64,000 nt of DNA from an uncultured Clostridia bacterium (lineage in GTDB: Bacteria; Bacillota; Clostridia; Christensenellales; UBA1242), in contig CALVYQ010000003.1 in NCBI GenBank assembly GCA_944372335.1, positions 1,410 through 65,409 on the forward strand, written 5' to 3'. The notes beneath the pieces are model-generated. The model was not told the DNA's origin and ran no database searches. It was given only the letters and a program-made list of their open reading frames with translations. Shown piece by piece: positions 42,601-49,962 of the stretch. The stretch's first letter is position 1, and the number at the start of each line of letters is the position of its first letter. A program made the translations under genes and the position numbers.

Positions 42601-43635
42601 AAAGTTGAGCTGTTCCACACTTAGATACATTGTGCTATCTATATAGTAAACATACGCATCAACTCCACCTATATTTGTTTTAAAACGAACAAATGGAAGG
42701 GTTTTATCGTCTAGACTAACAAGCTTCGCCCCCACACTACCAGAGAGTTCATAATCACCATACTTAACAACAATATCTCCCGATAGGGCATAGCTATTGT
42801 CATCAAGTTTAGCATTTTCAACAATTTCTAAAAGTGAAGAAACATCAACTTCATTTTCAACCGGTGTTTCATCGACGGCAAAATCTTGATTGTCAAGTTT
42901 AATTGAATTTACGCTCATGTTGATTTTATAGTTATTCATTGTAAGTTCTCTCACCGATGCTGTCATATTCTTAAAATCTTCACTTACATCAAGCGTCAAT
43001 CTTAAATTGCCAAAATATATAGTAAAACGATAACCATTTTCTGCGACATTTTCATTGATTTCAAGTTTGGTCATTAAAGTGCTTAATTCTAAATCGGATA
43101 AATCAACACCTATTGCCGTGCCAATGGTATTTAAAATTCCAGATAAATCTACTGAGCCCTCAAAATTGGAAAGAAGAGTGTTAAAATCTATGGTGCTTAA
43201 GTCAATTTTATCCATATCTAACTTAAACGCCATATCGTTGACACTTAAATGAAGAAAACTGTCAACATCACTATCCTTAAAAGCGTTTATTAAGTATTCT
43301 TGATCATTTATGCTTGTTGCAATATTGACATTGAAGTCAAAAGTTTTCATATCCACATCAGCATCAATATCAACGTTAATATCCATATCGTTTCCGACAA
43401 CGCTTATATTAATATCTCCTTTCAAGTTGTTCGCCGAAGTAAAAGCGGTAAGCAGTTTATTGATATTAGATTCTTCTGAGGCATCAACATTACCTGGAAG
43501 AGTTGGCGTGAAAGTAACATCACCAAAAAGCATGATATAGCCAAAAAAAGAGCATAGGGCAACTATCATATAGATAGATACTGTCCTAAACATCTTTGAT
43601 AGAAAGTTTCGTTCTTTTATCTCTGGACTACGCAT
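36622..43635 (-). CDS. giant (2337 aa) membrane-anchored modular repeat protein, function unknown
   Basis: Uninterrupted 7-kb ORF. N-terminal TM helix VSIYMIVALCSFFGYIMLFG. ~421-aa modules are repeated (three recent copies plus diverged copies at both flanks), followed by a unique C-terminal region. Asp/Asn/Leu/Ile/Thr-rich. Confidence 0.85.
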   Translation of the reverse strand: MRSPEIKERNFLSKMFRTVSIYMIVALCSFFGYIMLFGDVTFTPTLPGNVDASEESNINKLLTAFTSANNLKGDINISVVGNDMDINVDIDADVDMKTFDFNVNIATSINDQEYLINAFKDSDVDSFLHLSVNDMAFKLDMDKIDLSTIDFNTLLSNFEGSVDLSGILNTIGTAIGVDLSDLELSTLMTKLEINENVAENGYRFTIYFGNLRLTLDVSEDFKNMTASVRELTMNNYKINMSVNSIKLDNQDFAVDETPVENEVDVSSLLEIVENAKLDDNSYALSGDIVVKYGDYELSGSVGAKLVSLDDKTLPFVRFKTNIGGVDAYVYYIDSTMYLSVEQLNFKLHLNNVDFSEIEKLLSEYGISLDMEALMAISVLMPTFENFEVEVLENSLTLTLGDEIFFDDVVSIDDTVVMLKTKTVDENILPDILNLSTKLTVNGEVNALSAELSNIMIGKDTQYLSDMMLNDNEVVSLNTKNGMTDVQAFVNLENLIDIFKEVVKTDNLTFNVSLSVGELASVSGVGKFDIGSMNFNLDLNLNIDGLKLSVFLYGDTNTVYVTIGEKSMKLDLNKINLTELLTEFGVSMDTAAALDKISTEIGVDLKNINILDVLKKLTLTESEEENVLTYTIGLDENEISLTYDKTQKTFGLKIAKNISGYDVNVNLSDVTINAEDFTLTTPSGEEEDISPIFDLIDKAKLENGYAISAVAEVSVNDKIYQARITAEILKSGEEYQPYLKLSTEIDGIKINAYLVEDEIYLNIEQLLFALNINELNIEELTTILQDEFDLNTEAVETITVVLPALADITIAGLENGFNVSLDKEIVVNESIKISNSDLDIVTYNDNGTMMLDYLQISTLATMNEKEYKVSIKLDDMLLGGEAENLDNFIFTDGKVSALVTNNGTTSVADFVRAENLIDIFKEVVKTDNLTFNVSLSVGELASVSGVGKFDIGSMNFNLDLNLNIDGLKLSVFLYGDTNTVYVTIGEKSMKLDLNKINLTELLTEFGVSMDTANALDKVSTEIGIDLKNINILDILKKLTLTENEEEHILTYTIGLDENEISLTYDKTQKIFGLKFTKNISGYDVNVNLSDVTINAEDFTLTTPSGEEEDISPIFDLIDKAKLENGYAISAVAEVSVNDKIYQARITAEILKSGEEYQPYLKLSTEIDGIKINAYLVEDEIYLNIEQLLFALNINELNIEELTTILQDEFDLNTEAVETITVVLPALADITIAGLENGFNVSLDKEIVVNESIKISNSDLDIVTYNDNGTMMLDYLQISTLATMNEKEYKVSIKLDDMLLGGEAENLDNFIFTDGKVSALVTNNGTTSVADFVRAENLIDIFKEVVKTDNLTFNVGLIVGELASVSGVGKFDIGSMNFNLDLNLNIDGLKLSVFLYGDTNTVYVTIGEKSMKLDLNEVNLTELLTEFGVSMDTAAALDKVSTEIGIDLKNINILDILKKLTLTESEEENILTYNISLENNKIALTYNKETKTFGLAFAKNISGYDVNVNLSDVTINAEDFTLTTPSGEEEDISHIFNLVDDIKIDDYTYAISGDLAVRYSTTSFYGDMLAMIVRKADEYVPYVRVYTSAMNIETYIYLLDDEIYLDLHGLRLTFNLQEETIDEILTFVSDDLKMTIAGLENLTSTFKVILPALNSISANWIEGGVQINIGDDLQYTDSAKFANIVLQAFGENTNSKIYPTKLVIGANIIDPNTDTYDSYEEWWLENEEPVTKDKNFAIYLTNVAIGKNSLFMDDMTFGEDGNVISVKGKDGIYGTDEFTSYQVLLPLVKAVYSYINSNQYQVGLSVNMGNIGVSGDALVELTDKDDENVSSSLFGGRGLKVQSDLTLTTGDVNADINNKHEISLLYDSNEKADSGLYFTYAHGNFIGTDTKFRGHIENVSMSDMISMILGITNIELSDSMMNSWDLDKSTTDFSYLHELLGITKNDVSDEITQVDSLLSDISGILKMLENISFVKDVNNYIFAVDFNMNENSGKLEILFDKEGNLDSISFSLGSDLSATIEVQEFSASNFDYDTTATHHNLSNLPEFIDTAVNTLNTKNFNFKGTVTVDIIGIITLDMNIDLYANIEDINNPYIFAQVELQTSTLASWVFNGDFDTRMVTFEFKDNSLTFNRYSITSETHRTWTDWIGKEWTKVVQDSVDRNTYSSAEIMPNLTKIILDSLGVKESFLGINLPDMIIEIINSIEANPSLEETLVAFTTDETCENMTLTLDGPSLLGDDGAQNMNVNLGTKKYPGYYKDETGAQLEKTYAFIDSITGLTIDMSSILVSLDLYSNNDADGYNTNAYQLKSSYEDNSGGIAGGYWINTNNYYRNQYMNSVIS
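39042..42162. repeat. tandem repeat, period 1263 bp, about 2.47 copies, inside the giant CDS
   Basis: Offsets are exactly 1263 bp (39042 vs 40305; 40891 vs 42154). Opposite-strand ORF translations 39881-40171 and 41144-41434 are identical. Confidence 0.95.
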
Positions 43636-43640
43636 ATTTC

Positions 43641-44597
43641 CTAACCCTTAGCACTTTTAAATACTTCTAAATATTCCGCAACCGTTGCATCGTCATAGTA
43701 AAAATAATCGTCAAAATCATCGGTAACTTTAGAATCAATACCTTTAACCTCAATTTGATACACCTCATCATAATGAATGTGCTCAATTTCAAAATTTTCG
43801 TTCATAGTTACAGTCATCTCAACGCTTGACCACGCTGGAAGATCTTTTACATCTGGCGGAGCTGTAGGAACTGAAAAGCCTGCAAAATGGCGAATTTCGT
43901 AACTATAATAAAAAGCCGCATAACTTGCATATTCGCTTGTCATCTTAATGTTGAATACATACTTATTATCACTATTTAATGTGACATCTTTATCATAAGT
44001 GCCTTCTTGAGTTGTGAAAGAGGACACAATGTATGTTAGTGGTGTTGTTGGCAGTGTGTTAAAAAAGCTTTTATATTTATCAAGAGTGATTGTTTTTGCC
44101 TTCGACTCGTCTAAATTAGGCAAATAATTTTCTTCATTAGTAAAGTCATTTTTATTTCGTGATTCATTTAAATATACTTCATTAGGATTATTAAATTCAT
44201 ACTTTTGTTTGACTGACATTGACGCAATACCCTTACTCATCTTTAAATAATAAATACCATCTTCTGTAGATGTTTTTATTGCACGCATAGATTGTGAGCC
44301 CGTCATGTTGAAAACATCTCCGCTCAAAATTTTAACATATCTATCAGTGTTTTTAAGTTTGTATTCACCTATCTGATAAAGCTCAACAGCACTAAAAGAG
44401 GTTTTTCTTCCGCTTATCGCATCATTATATAGCCTTTCAATTTCGCTATCTTCATCTCTAAGAGTTGCCTCAGTGAGACTCGATGTATCCACGCTTGGAA
44501 TTATATTGCTAACATAAACGCTTCCTATTGCCACACCTGTAATTACGGCAACAAGAATAATAATACCATAAGCAATAAAATTCTTTACATTAGTCAA
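43641..44597 (-). CDS. hypothetical membrane-anchored protein (318 aa), first gene of the giant-protein operon
   Basis: N-terminal TM FIAYGIIILVAVITGVAIGSVYV. TTG start after a GAGAGG RBS. The stop codon is 5 nt before the giant gene start. Confidence 0.7.
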   Translation of the reverse strand: MTNVKNFIAYGIIILVAVITGVAIGSVYVSNIIPSVDTSSLTEATLRDEDSEIERLYNDAISGRKTSFSAVELYQIGEYKLKNTDRYVKILSGDVFNMTGSQSMRAIKTSTEDGIYYLKMSKGIASMSVKQKYEFNNPNEVYLNESRNKNDFTNEENYLPNLDESKAKTITLDKYKSFFNTLPTTPLTYIVSSFTTQEGTYDKDVTLNSDNKYVFNIKMTSEYASYAAFYYSYEIRHFAGFSVPTAPPDVKDLPAWSSVEMTVTMNENFEIEHIHYDEVYQIEVKGIDSKVTDDFDDYFYYDDATVAEYLEVFKSAKG

Positions 44598-44639
44598 TAT
44601 ATACCTCTCTATTAAGTCTGAATTTTTTATATCATAAAT

Positions 44640-44668
44640 AGTATAACATAGCCTAAATTCTTTGTCAA
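44640..44668 (-). promoter_or_regulatory. sigma-A type promoter of the 318-aa/giant operon
   Basis: Minus strand reads TTGACA-17 nt-TATACT. Confidence 0.6.
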
Positions 44669-44729
44669 CAAAATAGTTAAATATTTTTAAATATTTTATG
44701 CAACTTTAAAATATAAAATTTTAAATTTT

Positions 44730-45947
44730 TCAAAACTTTTCTAAAATGACACAGGTTTCAATATTTGCAGTACGAGGAAACATATCAAAGCATTTTATCT
44801 TTAATATTTTGTAAAATTTTGTTAATAACTTTAGGTCACGGGTTAACGTCGAGAAGTTGCAAGAAATATAGATGATATTTTTAATGTTTGATTTCGTGAT
44901 TTCCTCCAAAACTTTAGCATTACAGCCCTCTCTTGCTGGGTCAAGCACAACGCTATCAACAGCTTTTGAAACGCTGGATATAATAGCTTCAACTTTCGCA
45001 TTAAAATTTTGCATATTATCTGTTTTTATCATCTCTGCAATCCTGTGAGCCGAACTTTGCACCTCTATACCTATCACCTTTTGTGCCTTTTTAGCTAGTA
45101 GCCTTGACAATAGGCCTTGCCCTGAATACGCATTAATGACAATCTTCCCATCAACATTTTCTATCACATATTTATACAACTTTTCTGTCACACATTTATT
45201 AACCTGCAGAAACGCTTTTGCATCAACATCAAAACTCTCTCCAAGAATTTCATATTTTGCTATTGTCTTATTGTATTCTTTGTATATCTTTGTTTTGTTA
45301 CTTTCTAAAATATCGCCTACCGCTATAAAAATAGGGTATCTATCCAAAAGCTTATCATATAAAAATTTTTCTCTTTTGGTAAATAAAAATATCACCATAA
45401 CACCAGAATCAAAACTTTTAAACGTGACGCTTTTTAGGTTGGAATAAGAATGTTTTTTTAGATAATCCTCCACCACTCTGACAGCTTTCAAAATCTCTTT
45501 GTCAGCAAGTAAGCAATTTTCTATTTTGATAAATTTATGAGAAGTTGAAGAAATATAGCCTAGTTCCTTATTGCAATATGTAAGTTTTATCTTGTTGCGA
45601 TAGTTGTAATTGCATTCGCTAGGCTCAACAGCTATATCTCCAACAAAGCCCACTTTCTTAAGCTCGTTTTTTAATATTATTTTTTTAAGTTCTAGCTCTC
45701 TTTCATAGGTCAAGTGCTGAAAAGAACACCCGCCACACTCACCATAGTATGGACAAGGCGGAGATATTCTAAAAGGAGAGGCTTTAACCACTTTTATAAC
45801 CTTGCCGTTATCAAACTTTGACATCGACTTTTCTATCTTTACTTCCACCTCTTCACCTATATCAACGCACGGAAGAAAGATAACCTTACCGTTCTCCTTT
45901 GCCACTCCACTTCCGCTGTATGATATATCAGTAACCTTTAATTTCAT
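44730..45947 (-). CDS. rlmD: 23S rRNA (uracil-5)-methyltransferase, RumA/RlmD family
   Basis: TRAM-like N-terminus, Fe-S Cys cluster CPYYGECGGCSFQH, SAM-MTase core, LDPAREGC and YISCN. Confidence 0.85.
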   Translation of the reverse strand: MKLKVTDISYSGSGVAKENGKVIFLPCVDIGEEVEVKIEKSMSKFDNGKVIKVVKASPFRISPPCPYYGECGGCSFQHLTYERELELKKIILKNELKKVGFVGDIAVEPSECNYNYRNKIKLTYCNKELGYISSTSHKFIKIENCLLADKEILKAVRVVEDYLKKHSYSNLKSVTFKSFDSGVMVIFLFTKREKFLYDKLLDRYPIFIAVGDILESNKTKIYKEYNKTIAKYEILGESFDVDAKAFLQVNKCVTEKLYKYVIENVDGKIVINAYSGQGLLSRLLAKKAQKVIGIEVQSSAHRIAEMIKTDNMQNFNAKVEAIISSVSKAVDSVVLDPAREGCNAKVLEEITKSNIKNIIYISCNFSTLTRDLKLLTKFYKILKIKCFDMFPRTANIETCVILEKF

Positions 45948-46309
45948 ATTTCCATTTCCTTTTTAATAAAGGCCATAATAAGCCCAACAACAAAATCAAT
46001 TTCTTGTCTAGTTAATTCTCTGTCTTTTGGTATCCTCCACCACTTAAACAAACAACCCCGACAACAAGTTGCTGTGGCGTGCTGAGCAATAAAAACGGGG
46101 TGACCACGCATAGGCGTTTGCTTGCCGTCATTTGGGATTGCCTTTGGTGCAAGTCTTTTAGTCACAAAATCATAAGCGTGCGACTCAATCTTCTCCATTC
46201 CCTTTTCACGCATATAGGCCTTGTCTTTTGCCTTTAAATGAAATCTTGCCCTAAAAGTTGATGAGGACAATCTTTCCAAGCACTTATTGCAATCAAAAAT
46301 AGTATCCAT
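45944..46309 (-). CDS. DUF4186-like protein
   Basis: GHPVFIAQHATATCCRGCL.KWW pattern, recalled for DUF4186. ATGA overlap with rlmD. Confidence 0.55.
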   Translation of the reverse strand: MDTIFDCNKCLERLSSSTFRARFHLKAKDKAYMREKGMEKIESHAYDFVTKRLAPKAIPNDGKQTPMRGHPVFIAQHATATCCRGCLFKWWRIPKDRELTRQEIDFVVGLIMAFIKKEMEI

Positions 46310-46607
46310 ATCTTTTTAAATCCACCATATCGTCTTCCACCTCTACTCCCTCTGCACGAAGTAGCTCTGCCTGCCTGTTCACTCCGCCAAATGCAAAGGC
46401 TGAGGAGAGCTTACCAAATCTATTGACAACTCGATGGCACGGAATCACGCCCGGCTCCGGATTGACGTGAAGAGCCCAACCAACCTGCCTAGCCATTCTT
46501 TTATTGCCTATCTCACGAGCAATCTCGCCGTAAGTCACAACCTTCCCCTTTGGCACTTTTTTAACTAATTCATAAACATTTTCAAAAAAGTTTTTGTTAA
46601 AATCCAT
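46293..46607 (-). CDS. MGMT-family protein (methylated-DNA-protein-cysteine methyltransferase C-terminal domain only)
   Basis: VPKGKVVTYGEIA..., and PCHRVV with the acceptor Cys retained. 104 aa. Confidence 0.8.
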   Translation of the reverse strand: MDFNKNFFENVYELVKKVPKGKVVTYGEIAREIGNKRMARQVGWALHVNPEPGVIPCHRVVNRFGKLSSAFAFGGVNRQAELLRAEGVEVEDDMVDLKRYGYYF

Positions 46608-46806
46608 ATCCTCTCACAACTTTAATTATTTTTAAAAAACTCAAAGCTAAATTGATAAGATACTTTTATTTAGTTTGAATACATAAATTATTATAATTTA
46701 AAATAACAAATTAGTCAATCGCTAAATTTTCATTTGTTTCTATTTTTCATTAAATTATTAAAAGCCTTTTTTATATAAAGATACTTAAAATAAAATTTCA
46801 CACAAC

Positions 46807-46835
46807 TTGACAAGACAAAATAAAATCATTATAAT
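46807..46835 (+). promoter_or_regulatory. consensus sigma-A promoter of tRNA-Leu
   Basis: TTGACA-17 nt-TATAAT. Confidence 0.75.
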
Positions 46836-46853
46836 TTTAAATGTCAAAAATAT

Positions 46854-46939
46854 GCAGGGGTGGCGGAATGGCAGACGCACTAGATTCAGGTTCTAGCGAA
46901 CGCAAGTTCTTGTGGGTTCAACTCCCATCTCCTGCACCA
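46854..46939 (+). tRNA. tRNA-Leu (anticodon CAG)
   Basis: Acceptor GCAGGGG/CTCCTGC, anticodon arm ctaga-TTCAGGT-tctag, long variable arm, GGTTCAACTCC T-arm, encoded CCA. Confidence 0.92.
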
Positions 46940-46985
46940 TTAACCAAATGTTGGACGAGTTATCTAAATCCAACGTTATAATAAC

Positions 46986-47026
46986 AAAGAGAGAAGTTTA
47001 ATCCAAGCTTCTCTCTTTTGTTTTTG
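46986..47026 (+). terminator. rho-independent terminator after tRNA-Leu
   Basis: 11-bp stem aaagagagaag/cttctctcttt followed by a T-run. Confidence 0.8.
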
Positions 47027-47160
47027 TTCTATTTTTAATAAAAATTAATTTGATTTATTTAAAAAGCCAAGATTTTTTAAAAAATTTATAAGTTTTATGT
47101 TCTTTTTGCCAACTTTTTTAAAAAAATTTTAAATAATTGTAAATATTTGTATAAAATTGT

Positions 47161-47189
47161 TTGGAAGTTTGTTTGAATTGTGATAAAAT
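47161..47189 (+). promoter_or_regulatory. sigma-A type promoter (extended -10)
   Basis: TTGGAA-17 nt-TAAAAT, preceded by TGa. Confidence 0.5.
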
Positions 47190-47278
47190 GGAAAATGTCA
47201 ATCGTAATTGCTTAAAAGGAGGCGAATTTGACTATTTTGCAATCTGTTGACAGTTATATATATTTTTAGGAGGAAAAT

Positions 47279-47668
47279 ATGAGTGAACATGATAAGATGG
47301 TCAAGGTTATTAGATTTGCATTGGTGAAAATTGGTTGCAAGATAAATCATTTGGGCTTTCAATATCTATGCTACGCAGTCGAGCTTGTAATTATGAAGCC
47401 AAGTGCAATACATAACCTGTTAAAGGAAGTGTATCAAAAAATATCAGATGAATATCATGTCGGCAACAGAATGACTGTGCATAGTTCAATACGTAATGTG
47501 ATAGAACTTACATACGAAACAGGAAGTTTTTTAGAAATAAACAAACTATTTAAAACAGAGATATACACCTTAAACGATAAGCCGACCTGTGGAGAGATAA
47601 TAGGCTTACTTGCCGAATACTACACTTTAAAACTCTATAAGGAAGAAGAAATTTTTAAGGATTTTTAA
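47279..47668 (+). CDS. orphan Spo0A C-terminal (DNA-binding) domain protein, no receiver domain
   Basis: 129 aa, collinear with the B. subtilis Spo0A effector domain: KIGCKINHLGFQYLCYAVEL ... SSIRNVIE ... NKLF ... KPTCGEIIGLLAEYY. Confidence 0.8.
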   Translation: MSEHDKMVKVIRFALVKIGCKINHLGFQYLCYAVELVIMKPSAIHNLLKEVYQKISDEYHVGNRMTVHSSIRNVIELTYETGSFLEINKLFKTEIYTLNDKPTCGEIIGLLAEYYTLKLYKEEEIFKDF

Positions 47669-47679
47669 TGCCTTATCGG

Positions 47680-47704
47680 ACACCCCATTTCGGGTGTTTT
47701 TTTA
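47680..47704 (+). terminator. rho-independent terminator
   Basis: acaccc-catttc-gggtgt followed by ttttttt. Confidence 0.75.
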
Positions 47705-47711
47705 TTCAAAA

Positions 47712-48257
47712 TTAATATTCAAATGTGGCTATTTTGTATTGCGATAAAGGATTTGAAATTCTTTCTTGAAAATGCTCATCAACATAATAATGATTTATAT
47801 GTAAAATTATATTTCCATTATCGTTTCGATATGCAAATCTATTTTCTTTAAGGCTGTTTGCAGGTATCTTTAAAACGTGCAATTTTTTGTTAATGTAATC
47901 GTCTAATAGTATATACCAATCCTCCGAAAGATGACGTGGGTCAGCATTCGCTGGATACGCATTAATCAGCCTAGAAAAGCAAGCATAAGTGGAATTTTCG
48001 TGAAATATATTGATGTTGTGTTTCCTACATAAATGTATAGCATCATATTTACCTAATTTTCCATTTTTCTCTCTTGGCTTAATTTCAAAATCATAGACAG
48101 CAGTCTTGTCCTTAACTGTAATTTCAATATCCTTCAAAGCCTCATCAATAGAAGCCGTCTCATAGCCATACTCATAAAAATAGTTTCTTACTAATTCTTC
48201 AACAAACTCTGTGTTAATTGATTCCTTTATCTCTTTTGCTTCATCATATTTATTCAT
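47712..48257 (-). CDS. hypothetical protein (181 aa)
   Basis: Clean ORF, last gene of the wHTH-led operon. No motif securely recognised. Confidence 0.6.
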   Translation of the reverse strand: MNKYDEAKEIKESINTEFVEELVRNYFYEYGYETASIDEALKDIEITVKDKTAVYDFEIKPREKNGKLGKYDAIHLCRKHNINIFHENSTYACFSRLINAYPANADPRHLSEDWYILLDDYINKKLHVLKIPANSLKENRFAYRNDNGNIILHINHYYVDEHFQERISNPLSQYKIATFEY

Positions 48258-48299
48258 ATATATTCCCCTTTTTTAATAATTATTTTTTTTGATTTACAT

Positions 48300-49133
48300 C
48301 TACAACTCTAAAACAGCAAATAGTTTATAGAAAAATTCACGTGACAATATCATTCTTGCTTCTTTGCCGTTTGGATTGATAACAATGCCAGAACAGCCAT
48401 CTTCACTTAAATTTTCAGCTAGAATATCAATAAGATTTTTGACACTTAATTGCGTGATTTCGTCATTGTTTTTATAGCTAAAATATTTCTCTTCTGAAAA
48501 TACCATAAGATAATTCCCTCTATAATGAGGATTTTGAATAAGAATCGTATTGAAAATTATCTCTCCCTTCAAACTTACTGAAGAAGCAACGCTTATCTTC
48601 TCGTTGTTTTGATACATACTAAAAATTATCCGTATAATTTCATACTCATTTCTTTCGTCCTGTGGAAGAGAGTTGTTTTTTAATATCACCCTTGTCAACT
48701 CGCTGTTTTCTTTATTATTTTCTTTGTAATGCAAAAACTTTGAAATAGTTTTCGGCTCAATAATAAACTCTGCCTCGCTATTAGGATTAAAGATTATTCC
48801 ACCACATCTTCCGATCTTATAATCTTGATTAAATGCATAAATAAGTTCGGAAAATTTTACAAGGCTAACCTCCTTTAAAAGGACATATTTTGCAGACGTA
48901 TATGCTTTAATTAGCATTACAGAAAAATCTTTTTTGTTATAATACAATCCCCCTAGCTCTTCTTTGTTATCAAACGATGACGTCGTTTTTTCAACATAGA
49001 TTTTTTTGCCATAATCGTATAAATAGGATAATAAGCCTAGCATTTTATTTTGCTCTTCGCCATATTCATCAAATGATATATCAGGATTTCTCAATATTGC
49101 TTCTGTCAAATCTTTTCTTGAACACATATCCAC
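48300..49133 (-). CDS. hypothetical protein with an internal duplication (tentatively SseB-like tandem domains)
   Basis: Two halves each end in a G(C)GGIIFNPNSEAEFII / GCSGIVINPNGKEARMIL motif. Confidence 0.6.
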   Translation of the reverse strand: MDMCSRKDLTEAILRNPDISFDEYGEEQNKMLGLLSYLYDYGKKIYVEKTTSSFDNKEELGGLYYNKKDFSVMLIKAYTSAKYVLLKEVSLVKFSELIYAFNQDYKIGRCGGIIFNPNSEAEFIIEPKTISKFLHYKENNKENSELTRVILKNNSLPQDERNEYEIIRIIFSMYQNNEKISVASSVSLKGEIIFNTILIQNPHYRGNYLMVFSEEKYFSYKNNDEITQLSVKNLIDILAENLSEDGCSGIVINPNGKEARMILSREFFYKLFAVLEL

Positions 49134-49152
49134 CTCGTTTTATCAAGCAAAC

Positions 49153-49392
49153 TTATATCTTCTTCTCAAAATAGCAACCTCCTCCCTTAATCTTTTTAAT
49201 AGGATAGCCAAACTCTATTAGGTAATCAATATTTCTGCCAACTGTTCGCCTATCGCAAGGAACTCCAATGGAATTAAGAACCTTTGCTATGCTTGTTTGT
49301 GTGATAGGCTTGTCTTTAGAAGAGCCCTCTTGCAAGATTTTCAATACGTATAGAATAATCGTCTTTTTAGCAATACTTTTTTTCATATCCAC
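49153..49392 (-). CDS. small winged-helix DNA-binding protein (79 aa)
   Basis: TQTSIAKVLNSIGVPCDRRTVGRNIDYLIEFGY resembles the N-terminal wHTH of YafY/WYL-type regulators. No ligand domain is present. Confidence 0.6.
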   Translation of the reverse strand: MDMKKSIAKKTIILYVLKILQEGSSKDKPITQTSIAKVLNSIGVPCDRRTVGRNIDYLIEFGYPIKKIKGGGCYFEKKI

Positions 49393-49535
49393 ACTCCATT
49401 ACTATTATACCATATCAAGTAGGACAAAACTATGACAAGGTGCAAATTTTTCAAAAAACATCTAAAAATTTTAAAAAAACATTATTTACAAAAAAAGATG
49501 GAGTAACCTCACACCTTAGAATTCGGATAGGAAAT

Positions 49536-49871
49536 TTAATGTAAATATCCTTGCTTGTTCAATTGTTCTGTTATTTTTGAATTTTCGCTTTCAAAAACAA
49601 TATCAGCAAACGTTAATAATATAAAAATTAAAGAATTTATACTATCAAAAACATAACAAATTAACCTTACAAATATTCCAATAATTGGAATATATGATGG
49701 AATTAATAATATTATATCTACAATAAAATTAAAAATACTATAAATAAAAAAGGGAATTATAAAAATCAGTATGCAAATAGTTTTTAAAATAATATATCCT
49801 ATCTTTTTGGAACCATAATGAAAAATAATAAAATATTTCATTCTTAAAGTATTTAATAAATCTTTTAACAT
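49536..49871 (-). CDS. small membrane protein (3 predicted TM segments)
   Basis: GGAGG RBS 6 nt before ATG 49871. Highly hydrophobic Ile/Phe-rich core. Confidence 0.55.
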   Translation of the reverse strand: MLKDLLNTLRMKYFIIFHYGSKKIGYIILKTICILIFIIPFFIYSIFNFIVDIILLIPSYIPIIGIFVRLICYVFDSINSLIFILLTFADIVFESENSKITEQLNKQGYLH

Positions 49872-49962
49872 TACAATCCTCCAAAAAAAACGAATTTTAA
49901 AGTACAAACCTCTAAAATCTAATAATATGTACTCAAAGGAAGAATAGATTGGTAAAATACAC

